From Bdellovibrionota bacterium (GTDB lineage Bacteria > Bdellovibrionota > UBA1018 > CAIPTA01 > JAALKR01): a stretch of 64,000 nucleotides of DNA. Positions 11,291 through 21,243 of the stretch are shown piece by piece. A model generated the notes under the pieces. The model was not told the origin of the DNA. It saw only the letters and a program-made list of their open reading frames with translations, and made no database searches. The translations under genes and the position numbers were made by a program. Within the stretch, counting starts at the first letter, position 1. Every line of letters begins with the position of its first letter. The stretch covers positions 256,001 to 320,000 of the forward strand of contig CBDBMJ010000003.1 in assembly GCA_965207455.1 (NCBI GenBank). Direction: 5' to 3'.

Positions 11291-12430
11291 GGTGTTGTTG
11301 CGTAATATTTTGTAAGGATTGATTTTGGGGTATAGGGAGCCTATCCACATATCTTTTAGGTAATAGTAGAGGAATGGGGCATTCCTAAATGAGTCATCCG
11401 ATTGAGAATGAAGACCTTAGTTCTTGCTTCAGTGAGCTGATTTTCAAATTTTCTGCTAGAGAGCGTATTCCCTAGTATTTTTTTGAAGCGATACATGCAA
11501 GTTTCTACATTTGATCGCTTGTGATGATCTGTTTGTTTTTTCCACGCTCGCCTTCCTCCATAACTCCAAATCTCTTCAACTAATTCATCCCTTAAACTAA
11601 GACCTGGGTCTCCTCTGACCTGAGACTTTGATGTACCTGTCCTGAGAGCTATGCTGGCCTTTGCTCCAGTTTCTGCGATAGCAGTAAAGCAATTTCTAGA
11701 GACATAGGCACCATCAGCATATACTCTGCCTATATTTTTTAAACCTTTTAGTAATGGCTTCATCATTTGATCGTCGTGGACAGTGGCTTTTGTCAGTTCC
11801 ATGCTCACGATTTGATGGCTATCGGGGTCTACTGCCAAGTGTAGTTTTCTCCAAGTCCTTCGCTTCCCTTTACCATGAGTTCGCATCTTCCACTCACCCT
11901 CTCCAAAGATTTTTATTCCGGTAGAGTCTACGGCGATATCAGTAATTCCTTGGGTCTTTGCTTTATAGGAAATATTTACTTTTAAATCTTTTGAACGTCG
12001 AGAAAATGAACTATAGTTTGGAATTTTTAATGCTCCTATTTTAATGAGCTTAAACATCGAACACATAAACCCTTGGGTTGCACGCAAGGGTAAATGAAAT
12101 AGGCTACGAAAGATAAGTCCTAGCTCTATACAGCGATCACTATATATGAATGGACGACCTCGCTGGGGGTTGGGATTTCTAGGAGCATACCAATTTTTTA
12201 TCATATCGTCATCGAGCCATAAATTTATATCTCCACGCTTTATCAATGCTCGGTTATATTCTGACCAATTGATGTTTTTCTTCGTTCTTTTACTCATAGT
12301 TGGCCTCCTTGCCTTCTTTCAATTTAAGTATATTTTTGCTGAAGGTATATAGTTAGGCGCGTCAGAAGGCCCCAGAGGGCACTAGAGGTCTCTCACAGAC
12401 TCAATTTGGAGCTATTTATGCAACAACACC
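11291..12430 (-). mobile_element. IS5-family (IS903-type) insertion sequence, copy 1, 1140 bp
   Basis: Terminal IRs ggtgttgttgcgtaa / ttatgcaacaacacc; 9-bp TSD ttttttgag at 11282-11290 and 12431-12439. Confidence 0.95.
11356..12297 (-). CDS. IS5-family DDE transposase
   Basis: NWSEYNRALIKRG, AVDSTG, WRKLHLAVD, ADGAY, RSNVETCMYRFK motifs. Confidence 0.95.
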   Translation of the reverse strand: MSKRTKKNINWSEYNRALIKRGDINLWLDDDMIKNWYAPRNPNPQRGRPFIYSDRCIELGLIFRSLFHLPLRATQGFMCSMFKLIKIGALKIPNYSSFSRRSKDLKVNISYKAKTQGITDIAVDSTGIKIFGEGEWKMRTHGKGKRRTWRKLHLAVDPDSHQIVSMELTKATVHDDQMMKPLLKGLKNIGRVYADGAYVSRNCFTAIAETGAKASIALRTGTSKSQVRGDPGLSLRDELVEEIWSYGGRRAWKKQTDHHKRSNVETCMYRFKKILGNTLSSRKFENQLTEARTKVFILNRMTHLGMPHSSTIT

Positions 12431-12457
12431 TTTTTTGAGAGAAAATCAAAATAATAC

Positions 12458-12486
12458 TTGATGAATCCGCACTGTTATGGTATAGT
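12458..12486 (+). promoter_or_regulatory. Sigma70-type promoter for the tandem gene pair
   Basis: TTGATG-17 bp-TATAGT with extended -10 TG; overlapped by inverted repeat gcactgt/atagtgc. Confidence 0.6.
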
Positions 12487-12545
12487 GCATTAATTGAGCT
12501 TGGCACATGGTGTGCTTTTGGCAATATAAATTAAGGAGAGAAGAA

Positions 12546-13130
12546 ATGAAGAAACAAAATATATTAATAACCCTAGCAATGGTGCTTACTATGGCTTTAC
12601 CGATAACTGGGTATTCGCAAGAGGATGCCTCTCCAACACTCGAGGAAAAAGTAGAAACTATTGCCGAATTTTTTGTTTCCGAGAATTACGATGATGTAAA
12701 GGATAATGTACTAAATGATGTAAAGGATAATGTACCAAATGATGTGAATTCTAACAGTACAGCGTTCTTTTCTACAATAAATCATCTAATCAGGGATGGA
12801 GATGATAAACATAAGAGCGATTTCCGAAAAAGACTGCTAGAGCAAATGTGGACTTTATTCCAAGAACATCTTGGTTACGAGGTTATTCATTGGATGGATT
12901 TAGAGGAGCAGAATTTATTCTATCAGGAAATGGAGAAGAAATTAAATGTTAAGTTCGAGGCTGAAGAAAAGAAAATAAAGGATAAAATAAAAGCTAAAGG
13001 AGAAGCGGCAGGACGGGCAGCAGAGAAAGAAAGAAGAAGAAAAACAATTAATGCTAATAAAGCCCTCCATGAATTGTATGAAGAGGCGAAATCGCCCTCA
13101 GGCTTTTGGGAAGATCTCTTTGGATTTTGA
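12546..13130 (+). CDS. Secreted hypothetical protein, paralog 1
   Basis: RBS aaggag, ATG 12546; signal peptide MKKQNILITLAMVLTMALPITGYS; ends GFWEDLFGF. Confidence 0.8.
   Translation: MKKQNILITLAMVLTMALPITGYSQEDASPTLEEKVETIAEFFVSENYDDVKDNVLNDVKDNVPNDVNSNSTAFFSTINHLIRDGDDKHKSDFRKRLLEQMWTLFQEHLGYEVIHWMDLEEQNLFYQEMEKKLNVKFEAEEKKIKDKIKAKGEAAGRAAEKERRRKTINANKALHELYEEAKSPSGFWEDLFGF
12691..12745 (+). repeat. 24-bp tandem duplication inside paralog 1 (DVKDNVLN/DVKDNVPN)
   Basis: atgatgtaaaggataatgtac(t/c)aa twice, plus a partial third copy. Confidence 0.85.
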
Positions 13131-13749
13131 ATCGACTGAATTGAGATAAATAACATAAACCAAATTAAAAAGGAGAGAAGAAAATGAAAACACAAAAAAA
13201 TATACTAATAACCCTAGCTATGGTGCTTACTATGGCTTTACCGATAACTGGGTATTCGCAAGAGGATGCCTCCCCAACGCTCGAGGAACAAGCAGAAACT
13301 ATTGCCGAATTTTTTGTTTCCGAGAATTACGATGATGTAAGGGATAAATTACTAAATGATACCCACGGAAATTCTACAATAAGTGATGTAATGAGGAGTT
13401 ATATAAGAGGAGAGATAGCATACTTTAAAAGCAGGCTGCCAGGTGAAATGTGGACTCTATTCCAAAAACATTCTGCTTATAAAGCTATTCATCGGATGGG
13501 TTCAAAGGCTCGGGATCTGTTCTATGCGGAAATAAAGGATAAAACAGAGGCTAGGCTCGAGGTTGAAAAAAAGAAAGTATGGGATGAAATGAAGGCTGAA
13601 AAAGAAGCGGCAAGGCAGGTAGAAAGAGAAAAAATAATTAATGCTAATAAAGCCCTCCATGAATTGTATGAAGAGGCGAAATCGCCCTCAGGCTTTTGGG
13701 AAGATCTCTTTGGATTTTGAATCGACTGAATTGAGATAAATAACATAAA
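13047..13749 (+). repeat. Identical ~113-bp direct repeat (13047-13159 and 13637-13749) covering the 3' end and downstream DNA of both paralogs
   Basis: attaatgctaataaagccc...gagataaataacataaa present twice. Confidence 0.9.
13184..13720 (+). CDS. Secreted hypothetical protein, paralog 2
   Basis: Same signal peptide, N-terminus and C-terminus as paralog 1; different core. Confidence 0.8.
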   Translation: MKTQKNILITLAMVLTMALPITGYSQEDASPTLEEQAETIAEFFVSENYDDVRDKLLNDTHGNSTISDVMRSYIRGEIAYFKSRLPGEMWTLFQKHSAYKAIHRMGSKARDLFYAEIKDKTEARLEVEKKKVWDEMKAEKEAARQVEREKIINANKALHELYEEAKSPSGFWEDLFGF

Positions 13750-13798
13750 TAGGAGGACACACCCCCTTGCAAGCTCAATTCATATGGGATTTTTTTAT

Positions 13799-15310
13799 TT
13801 ATTGATTTGTAGAAAAAGGCACTGCTGCTTGACGGCTAATCTCCAAGTAGCGGCTGGGAAATAAGCCAATTTGCAAAGTAAGTAGCACGCAAGCAGTTAT
13901 GGCCAGTGCTGCAAATGTGCAGGACTTTCTTGCCACAATCTGTTCTTCTCCTGGTTCCTTCATATACATAAATATTACTATCCGTAAATAATAATAAACG
14001 GAAACTACGCTGGTAAGTATGGCAGTTAATGCTAAGACAATTTCTCCGGACTGTACTACTGCGCTGAAAAGAAAATATTTTGCCACAAATCCCGCTGTGG
14101 GAGGAAAGCCTGATAGGCTAAATAAAAATATTGTCATGGCAACGCCAAGCCATGGATAACGATAACCCATGCCCTTTAAATACTCAATGTTGCTATCCTT
14201 ATCCATCTCACCAGAAAAAATGGATAGAACAGTAAAGGCTCCTATGGTCATCACTGCGTATGGAATAAAATACATCAGCATCGAAGAGTAGCCCACCTTG
14301 GGACCAACTAAAATGCCCATCATTAAATAGCCGGTGTGGGCAATGGCACTATAGGCAAGTAAGCGCTTTAAATTCTTTTGTGTTAAGGCAACAAAGTTTC
14401 CGATGATCATTGTTGCCAGAGCTAGCCACCAGATAATATGATGAAAAACATTTCCCCAATTTTCCATCCGTGCCAGCCCCTCCACGTTTAGAAATACAAA
14501 GGAAACCCGAATAAAGGTGCCAAAGACGGCTATCTTTAGGGCTGTGGACATAAAGCTCGTAACAATAATGGGCGCACCTTCATAAACGTCGGGGGTCCAG
14601 ATATGAAAGGGAAAGGCAGCAACCTTAAAAAAGAAACCCACAAAAATAAGCACAACCCCTAGAATTAAAATAGGGTTGCTTACATCGCTCCCATCCTGTC
14701 CTAATACCTGAGCTATTGTTAAAAGATTGGTAGTATTTAAGGCTCCGTACACAAGGGCAATTCCATATAGGAGCAAGGCGCTTGCCACACCTCCAAGGAT
14801 AAAGTACTTAATTGCAGCTTCATTGGATCGTATATCCCGTCTTCTCATCCCCACCAAGACATACACTCCAAGACTCATCGTCTCTAGTGCAATAAATAAA
14901 GTGATCAACTCCACCGTGGACACCAAACTCATCATTCCCAAAATAGATACCAATAAAAGAACATAGTATTCAGGAAAATGAAGCTCTTCATCTTGGAGAT
15001 AGCGATACCCACCTAGAATGACCAAAAGACCCGTAGCACTTAGAAGAATATTGAAGAAAGAAGAGAAATCATCCAAATGCAACATATTAAACACAATCAC
15101 AGGACTAGTGCCCCAGTACTCAATATTCCAAAACATGGCAGCTAGTAAGGTGAGTATGGATACAGCATATACTAATTTTTTTCTCATTTTTATTTTCAAT
15201 GTACCAACGAGTAGCGCTACCATGGAACCAATGGCAACAATAACCATGGGCATGAGCGCTTGCCATTGGGCTAGGCTGATAACTAAATTTTTTGGATTGA
15301 TCAATTCCAT
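13799..15310 (-). CDS. nuoN: NADH-quinone oxidoreductase subunit N
   Basis: FIALETMS, EAAIKYF, FKVAAFPFHIWTPDVYEGAP, GFVAKY. Confidence 0.97.
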   Translation of the reverse strand: MELINPKNLVISLAQWQALMPMVIVAIGSMVALLVGTLKIKMRKKLVYAVSILTLLAAMFWNIEYWGTSPVIVFNMLHLDDFSSFFNILLSATGLLVILGGYRYLQDEELHFPEYYVLLLVSILGMMSLVSTVELITLFIALETMSLGVYVLVGMRRRDIRSNEAAIKYFILGGVASALLLYGIALVYGALNTTNLLTIAQVLGQDGSDVSNPILILGVVLIFVGFFFKVAAFPFHIWTPDVYEGAPIIVTSFMSTALKIAVFGTFIRVSFVFLNVEGLARMENWGNVFHHIIWWLALATMIIGNFVALTQKNLKRLLAYSAIAHTGYLMMGILVGPKVGYSSMLMYFIPYAVMTIGAFTVLSIFSGEMDKDSNIEYLKGMGYRYPWLGVAMTIFLFSLSGFPPTAGFVAKYFLFSAVVQSGEIVLALTAILTSVVSVYYYLRIVIFMYMKEPGEEQIVARKSCTFAALAITACVLLTLQIGLFPSRYLEISRQAAVPFSTNQ

Positions 15311-16863
15311 ACAAACCTCTCTCTACGTTGTGAACTGTAGGAAACACTGGGTCTGTACTCAGTTCCATTCGTCAAACTTTCCGATAAATATTTTACAGAA
15401 GGCTCCATCTTAGAAAGAAAGGGCTTGGGATACAAGCCCATAATAAAAATTAAAGCAACCAGTGGTGCTAAATAGCAAAACTCTCTAAGGTTTAAATCTT
15501 CCATTGCTGCGTTTTTCTCATTGGTTACCTTACCGAATAAAAGTTTTTGACAAAGCCAAAGCATATAGACAGCACCTAAAATAATACCCAGTCCACCACC
15601 TAGAGCCATATACGGATTGGATAAAAATGTTCCCTGTAGAATTAAAAATTCCCCTATAAAACCGTTAGTGCCTGGGAGAGCCATTGAACTCATGGTTACA
15701 ATAATAAAGACGGTGGCAAAGAGGGGCACGGGCTTAGCTAGCCCACCGAACTCGGAAATTTCCCTAGTATGCCGCCTTTCGTATAAAATACCTACGAGTA
15801 AGAAAAGTGCGCCTGTGGAAATACCATGAGCCAACATCTGGTAGAGGGATCCCATGATTCCGATTTCGTTCAAAGCAAAAATCCCTAAAACAATATAGCC
15901 CATATGGGAAACGGAGCTATACGCTATAAGTTTTTTAGCGTCTGTCTGCGCCAGAGCCATACAAGCTCCATAAATAATAGCCACAACAGCAATGCCCATC
16001 AATATCGGCGCATATAAAACCGTCGCTTCTGGTGCCAGCGGCATTGCAAATCGTATAAAGCCGTATGTTCCCAGCTTTAATAAAATACCCGCTAAAACCA
16101 CGGACCCTCCCGTGGGTGCTTGCACGTGGGCGTCCGGCAGCCAGGTATGAAAAGGAAACATGGGCACTTTCACCGCAAACGCTAAACAAAAAGCAAGAAA
16201 GACAAGCCCTTGGACACTAAAATACCCTCCACCAGAAAGGTTTAATTTATATAGATTGAGAAGAGTGGCCGAGTAAAAACCAAACTGAGCTTTATGTTCC
16301 AGCACTAAAAAGATAATGGCAATGAGCATGGGCAGGGATCCTGCCACTGTATACAGTATAAACTTAGTGGCTGCGTATATTCTTTCCTTACCTCCCCAGA
16401 TACCCACAATAAAAAACATGGGTATGAGTATGGACTCCCAAAATATATAGAATAAAAACATATCCAGAGATAAAAAAGTTCCAATCATTCCTGTTTCTAA
16501 AATAAAAAGAAGAGCTAAATAACCACGCACGTTCTTTTTTATATATTTCCAACCTGAGAGAATAATAATGGGCATGAGGAAGGTGGTCAGTAATAAAAGA
16601 AAGAGGCTAATGCCGTCCACACCTATAAAATATTCTATGCCAAAATCTGGAATCCAAACTGCACGTTCTGCGAATTGAAAGCCTGACTGGGAGCCGTCGA
16701 ACTGAAGGCATAACTGTATGGACAGGAACAGGGTAATAAGAGAAAATAACAAAGAAAGCACTTTTACCGCTGCACCGTCTTTCGGAAAGAGTACTGTGAC
16801 AAGCGCCCAAATAATAGGACTAAAAATTATGCAGGATAGGATATGCTCATGAATAAACGCCAT
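15301..16863 (-). CDS. nuoM: NADH-quinone oxidoreductase subunit M
   Basis: FWESILIPM, KVPMFPFHTWLPDAH, LLKLG, GFIGEF; start MAFIHE overlaps nuoL stop. Confidence 0.97.
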   Translation of the reverse strand: MAFIHEHILSCIIFSPIIWALVTVLFPKDGAAVKVLSLLFSLITLFLSIQLCLQFDGSQSGFQFAERAVWIPDFGIEYFIGVDGISLFLLLLTTFLMPIIILSGWKYIKKNVRGYLALLFILETGMIGTFLSLDMFLFYIFWESILIPMFFIVGIWGGKERIYAATKFILYTVAGSLPMLIAIIFLVLEHKAQFGFYSATLLNLYKLNLSGGGYFSVQGLVFLAFCLAFAVKVPMFPFHTWLPDAHVQAPTGGSVVLAGILLKLGTYGFIRFAMPLAPEATVLYAPILMGIAVVAIIYGACMALAQTDAKKLIAYSSVSHMGYIVLGIFALNEIGIMGSLYQMLAHGISTGALFLLVGILYERRHTREISEFGGLAKPVPLFATVFIIVTMSSMALPGTNGFIGEFLILQGTFLSNPYMALGGGLGIILGAVYMLWLCQKLLFGKVTNEKNAAMEDLNLREFCYLAPLVALIFIMGLYPKPFLSKMEPSVKYLSESLTNGTEYRPSVSYSSQRRERFVWN

Positions 16864-18815
16864 TACTGCCCTCCCGCCAAAGTCCATAGAACAATTGAGG
16901 CTAAACTAACAAACCCCAGAATAACGATAAATAAATAATTTTCTAATAGCCCAGTGTGAATTCTTTTTAAAAAACCACCCGAAGATCGCGCTGCCCTAGC
17001 CGAATATAGCACAAAGCCATCAATGATCATTGTATCCACTACCCTCCAAAGGATTGTGGAGGCTTGGTGAACAGGACGGGTAATGACCATGGCGTATAGC
17101 TCATTTAAGTAGTACGCTCTTTGGAAAAAAGAAACCACCGACGGCGAAAAGTGGAACAAAGGTGCTTTTTTCTGTTCACCCATATAGATAATAAAATACC
17201 AATAAGAGGCATATAGACACAAACAAGCCAATACTGCGGACAATAATAATAAAAGGGATTCTACAAGGGCAGAACCATGGGCAAGGCTGTCAGGAACAAT
17301 CGGTACAAGCAGGTGATGCAAATAATTTGGAAATAATCCGATAAAATGGGGGAAGCCTAAAAACCCACCAAGAGTAGCAAAAACTGCCAGCACTATGAGA
17401 GGAATGGTCATCACCCGAGGCGACTCCTGTAAATGAGATTGGACCTCTTTAGAGGAACGGTTTTCTCCTAAAAAAGTCAGGCAATATAGGCGACCCATAT
17501 ATAGGGCTGTCAGTGCTGCTGTAAGAAGACCAAACACATAGAGAACCCAGCCTCCCAGTGGACTACCGAACGCTTGCCATAGAATTTCATCTTTAGAAAA
17601 GAATCCGGAGAAAAGGGGAACACCTGCTATGGCAAGCGTTCCTATGGCAAAGGTAACGGATGTGATCGGCATATGCTTATGGAGCCCGCCCATTTTCCTC
17701 ATGTCTTGCTCTCCTCCCATGGCGTGAATAACAGAGCCGGAACCTAAAAATAATAGGGCCTTAAAAAAAGCATGGGTCATTAAATGAAAAACGGCCACCC
17801 AGTACGCTCCCACCCCAACAGCCACAAACATATATCCCAATTGACTGACGGTGGAATAGGCTAAAACTTTCTTAATATCACTTTGAGCAATAGCCATCGT
17901 GGCTGCCATAAATGCGGTAAGTGCACCCACCACCACAATTACATAACCTGTAATGGGAGTAAGGGAATATAAAAATCCAAGTCTACAGGTTAAATATACC
18001 CCAGCCGTTACCATGGTGGCTGCATGGATAAGAGCAGAAACAGGCGTGGGACCAGCCATGGCATCCGGCAACCATACAAATAATGGAACTTGGGCTGATT
18101 TTCCCACAGCTCCCACAAACAGCAATAATGTAACGGCAGTTAGTAACCCTAGGGTGGGTTCTATGGGAATTTCCGCAGTCATACTTTTTAAGGTGAGAAA
18201 ATCCACAGTATGGAAAATAGAGAAAATAAGAAAAACGCCTAGAAGAAAACCCAGATCGCCAATACGATTAATAATAAATGCTTTTTTCCCGGCTTTAGCC
18301 TTTTCCACGTCCTCATACCAAAAGCCTATCAAGAGAAAGGAACACAGGCCCACGCCTTCCCAGCCAATAAATAAAATGGGCAAATTTCCACCCAGCACAA
18401 GAACTAACATCGCTGCCGTAAATAGGTTTAAATAAGAAAAATAGCGCTGGGGGTTTGAGTCGCCATGCATATACCCGATGGAATACACATGAATTAAAAA
18501 TCCCACTCCCGTTATGATTAAACATAGAAGACCAGAGAGTTGGTCGAAGCGAAACAGCATGGGAACCACTAATTCTCCTATGGAAATCCATGGGAACAGA
18601 AAGTGCTCATAAATTTTACCTTCAGGAAGTGTAAAGAATAAAACGCAGCTAATAATAAAGGCAACAAAGACACAGGCGCTTGCCAATATGCCAGCCACAC
18701 TTCCGGGTAAGCGGGGGAATTTTTTCCAGGGAACGGCTCCTAAAAATCCATTGAGTATGGCTCCCAGCAAGGGCAGTCCAATAATCCATCCTATTACGTT
18801 TGTGTCTTCTATCAT
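16863..18815 (-). CDS. nuoL: NADH-quinone oxidoreductase subunit L
   Basis: GWEGVGLCS, NRIGD, GKSAQVPLFVWLPDAMAGPTPVSALIHAATMV, HAFFKA, GFFSKD. Confidence 0.98.
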   Translation of the reverse strand: MIEDTNVIGWIIGLPLLGAILNGFLGAVPWKKFPRLPGSVAGILASACVFVAFIISCVLFFTLPEGKIYEHFLFPWISIGELVVPMLFRFDQLSGLLCLIITGVGFLIHVYSIGYMHGDSNPQRYFSYLNLFTAAMLVLVLGGNLPILFIGWEGVGLCSFLLIGFWYEDVEKAKAGKKAFIINRIGDLGFLLGVFLIFSIFHTVDFLTLKSMTAEIPIEPTLGLLTAVTLLLFVGAVGKSAQVPLFVWLPDAMAGPTPVSALIHAATMVTAGVYLTCRLGFLYSLTPITGYVIVVVGALTAFMAATMAIAQSDIKKVLAYSTVSQLGYMFVAVGVGAYWVAVFHLMTHAFFKALLFLGSGSVIHAMGGEQDMRKMGGLHKHMPITSVTFAIGTLAIAGVPLFSGFFSKDEILWQAFGSPLGGWVLYVFGLLTAALTALYMGRLYCLTFLGENRSSKEVQSHLQESPRVMTIPLIVLAVFATLGGFLGFPHFIGLFPNYLHHLLVPIVPDSLAHGSALVESLLLLLSAVLACLCLYASYWYFIIYMGEQKKAPLFHFSPSVVSFFQRAYYLNELYAMVITRPVHQASTILWRVVDTMIIDGFVLYSARAARSSGGFLKRIHTGLLENYLFIVILGFVSLASIVLWTLAGGQ

Positions 18816-18816
18816 A

Positions 18817-19134
18817 TCAATCTCGCATTGTGTTTAGTTTTCCCGTTCCCGTCTCTTTACTATTACGGAACAACGAGATCAAAAGGCCCAGACCAATGGC
18901 TCCTTCAGCAGCAGCAACGGTAACAATAAAAAATATGGCTAGCTGTCCGTCTAGACTATCATTGGCTCGTGCAAAAGCCACGAAAGTAATATTTACGGCA
19001 GAAAGCATGAGCTCTATGCACATCAAAATAATTACTAAATTTTTTCGAATCAATACACCAAAAAAACCAATAGCAAACAGAGCTGCTCCCAGCGCCAAGG
19101 ATTGAATTAAAATGGGGTCTTCTATTGGAACCAT
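18817..19134 (-). CDS. nuoK: NADH-quinone oxidoreductase subunit K
   Basis: MCIELML, VAAAEGAIGL. Confidence 0.96.
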   Translation of the reverse strand: MVPIEDPILIQSLALGAALFAIGFFGVLIRKNLVIILMCIELMLSAVNITFVAFARANDSLDGQLAIFFIVTVAAAEGAIGLGLLISLFRNSKETGTGKLNTMRD

Positions 19135-19138
19135 AACC

Positions 19139-19675
19139 CTATCCTAACTTTCTCTTCGCTAAGACAATGGCACCCACAACGGCCAATAACAACAACATGG
19201 CAACTAATTCAAAAGAAAAAACATAATAAGAAAACAGATACTTGGAAAGAACCATAATATTTCCCCCCTCCTCCACAATCCTCTCAACAGTAAATTCTCC
19301 TTTGTTCTGACTTGTTCCTCCCGTTATGATTGCATACAAGAGAACAAGGAAAAAAGATAATACACCACCACCGGCGAACAAATAATTCTTAATCGCTGGG
19401 GGAAAATCCAATTCAGCCACATCCAAATTTAAGAGCATCACCACAAACACAAACAACACCATGATCGCTCCTGCGTAGACTAAAACCACAATAGCGGCAG
19501 GAAAGTGGGCCGACTGTACAGCAAAAAGAGCAGCTATATTGAATAAAACAACCACCATGGAAAAAACACTACTCACGGGATTTTTAGCCAGTACTACAAA
19601 AAAAGCAAATACAAGGGCAAGGCAAGAAAATATCGCTGAAAAAATAACGGGAAAGGGAAGGGAAAAAATAGACAT
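19139..19675 (-). CDS. nuoJ: NADH-quinone oxidoreductase subunit J
   Basis: VYAGAIMVLFVFVVMLL, FELVAMLLL. Confidence 0.95.
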   Translation of the reverse strand: MSIFSLPFPVIFSAIFSCLALVFAFFVVLAKNPVSSVFSMVVVLFNIAALFAVQSAHFPAAIVVLVYAGAIMVLFVFVVMLLNLDVAELDFPPAIKNYLFAGGGVLSFFLVLLYAIITGGTSQNKGEFTVERIVEEGGNIMVLSKYLFSYYVFSFELVAMLLLLAVVGAIVLAKRKLG

Positions 19676-19678
19676 AAA

Positions 19679-20122
19679 CTACTTATCCCCTCGCTGCATT
19701 AAAAGAAAGTTTTTATCATACACCCTACGTTCAAAATCTGCCATTTCATATATGGTGGAAAGTTTAATCGCATCCTTAGGACAAGCCTCTTCACAATATC
19801 CACAAAAACAACAACGTAGTATATCAATTTCGAATTTAATAGGGTACTTCTCCTTATTGGGTCGCTCACCAGCCTCAATATGAATACAATCTGCTGGACA
19901 GACCGTAGGACAAAGCATACAGGCCGTGCAATTCTCCACACCATTTGTAGTTTTAATATAGTGTTGGCCTCGAAAGATAGCGGAATAGGGCCTGCGTTGT
20001 TCAGGATATTGGGTAGTGATATTTTTTCCAAAAAACCAGTTCTTTATTGTGATAAAAAGCCCTTGGGCTAGCTCCACTAGATAAAATTTTTGTAATGTAG
20101 TGTCCTTTCGTTTAATTAACAT
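19679..20122 (-). CDS. nuoI: NADH-quinone oxidoreductase subunit I
   Basis: CTACMLCPTVCP and CCFCGYCEEACP. Confidence 0.96.
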   Translation of the reverse strand: MLIKRKDTTLQKFYLVELAQGLFITIKNWFFGKNITTQYPEQRRPYSAIFRGQHYIKTTNGVENCTACMLCPTVCPADCIHIEAGERPNKEKYPIKFEIDILRCCFCGYCEEACPKDAIKLSTIYEMADFERRVYDKNFLLMQRGDK

Positions 20123-20141
20123 AATTTAAAATCTCCTTCCT

Positions 20142-21239
20142 TTAGGTGGCACTGTATGCCATAAAAAATGCGGTGGCTACTATATTTAATAAAGCAATAG
20201 GAACTAAAATTTTCCATCCCAAGTGCATCAACTGGTCGAAACGAAACCTGGGAAGTGTGAAACGGACGAGGATGAAAAATAACATGAATAGTATTATTTT
20301 GAACACAAAAGAAAATACCTGCGTCCCCACCGTAACCCAATAAAGAACTTCTCCTTCTAAAGAAAATAAACTAATAATAAATTCCATTCCGGGAAACATC
20401 TGCCAGCCCCCAAAATACAGTGCTGCCATTAAACCACTGGCTGTAACCATGTGGAGGTACTCGGCCATAAAAAATAAACTAAACTTCATTCCTCCGTACT
20501 CTAAATGGTAGCCAGCCACAATTTCCGTTTCCCCCTCGGGCAGGTCAAAAGGTAGGCGGTTGGTTTCAGCAAAAATTGCGGTGAGAAAAATAATAAACCC
20601 CACAGGCTGTAGAAAAATTCCCCAATTGGGTAGGAACGATATTTCTTGGCCCATAATGGAAAGAGGCTCGCCTTGGACTGCCACAATCTCCTGCAAAGAC
20701 ACACTTCCATAAATCATAATCATAGCGACTAAACTAAGACCAAGAGGCAACTCATAGCTAATCATTTGGGCAGAAGCACGCAGCCCTCCCAACATAGCGT
20801 ACTTGCTGTTAGAGGCCCAAGAAGCCATGATTATGCCATAAACAGAAAGTGAGGAAATGGCTAGGATGAAAATAAGTCCCACGTTTAAATCTGCAACCTG
20901 CAACACCACCTGTCGACCTAAAATTTCCACCGTCGGGCCGAAGGGAATCACTGCGAATGTTAAAAAGGCAGGAATTACGGCAACCGCAGGAGCCAGTAAG
21001 TAATAGCCTTTCCGAACATGACCAGGGACTAAATCTTCTTTAAAGATAAACTTCACCACGTCGGCTAAAGGCTGCAAGAGACCAAAGGGACCCACCCGGT
21101 TAGGACCCGTTCTATTTTGCATCCATGCGGAAACACGCCTCTCTGCCCAAACCATAACAGGGGCAACATGAATGAGTCCCACCAAAACAATGGCTACCTT
21201 AACGGTCATGGCAATAATCTCAAACGAATCCACTTCCAT
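20142..21239 (-). CDS. nuoH: NADH-quinone oxidoreductase subunit H
   Basis: ERRVSAWMQNRTGPNRVGPFGLLQPLAD, AETNRLPFDLPEGETE, PRFRFDQ. Confidence 0.98.
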   Translation of the reverse strand: MEVDSFEIIAMTVKVAIVLVGLIHVAPVMVWAERRVSAWMQNRTGPNRVGPFGLLQPLADVVKFIFKEDLVPGHVRKGYYLLAPAVAVIPAFLTFAVIPFGPTVEILGRQVVLQVADLNVGLIFILAISSLSVYGIIMASWASNSKYAMLGGLRASAQMISYELPLGLSLVAMIMIYGSVSLQEIVAVQGEPLSIMGQEISFLPNWGIFLQPVGFIIFLTAIFAETNRLPFDLPEGETEIVAGYHLEYGGMKFSLFFMAEYLHMVTASGLMAALYFGGWQMFPGMEFIISLFSLEGEVLYWVTVGTQVFSFVFKIILFMLFFILVRFTLPRFRFDQLMHLGWKILVPIALLNIVATAFFMAYSAT

Positions 21240-21243
21240 TGAC

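Noticed and set aside
12546..13749. Diversity-generating retroelement TR/VR pair
   Set aside because: No reverse transcriptase nearby; the 3' repeat is identical and other differences are not adenine-specific
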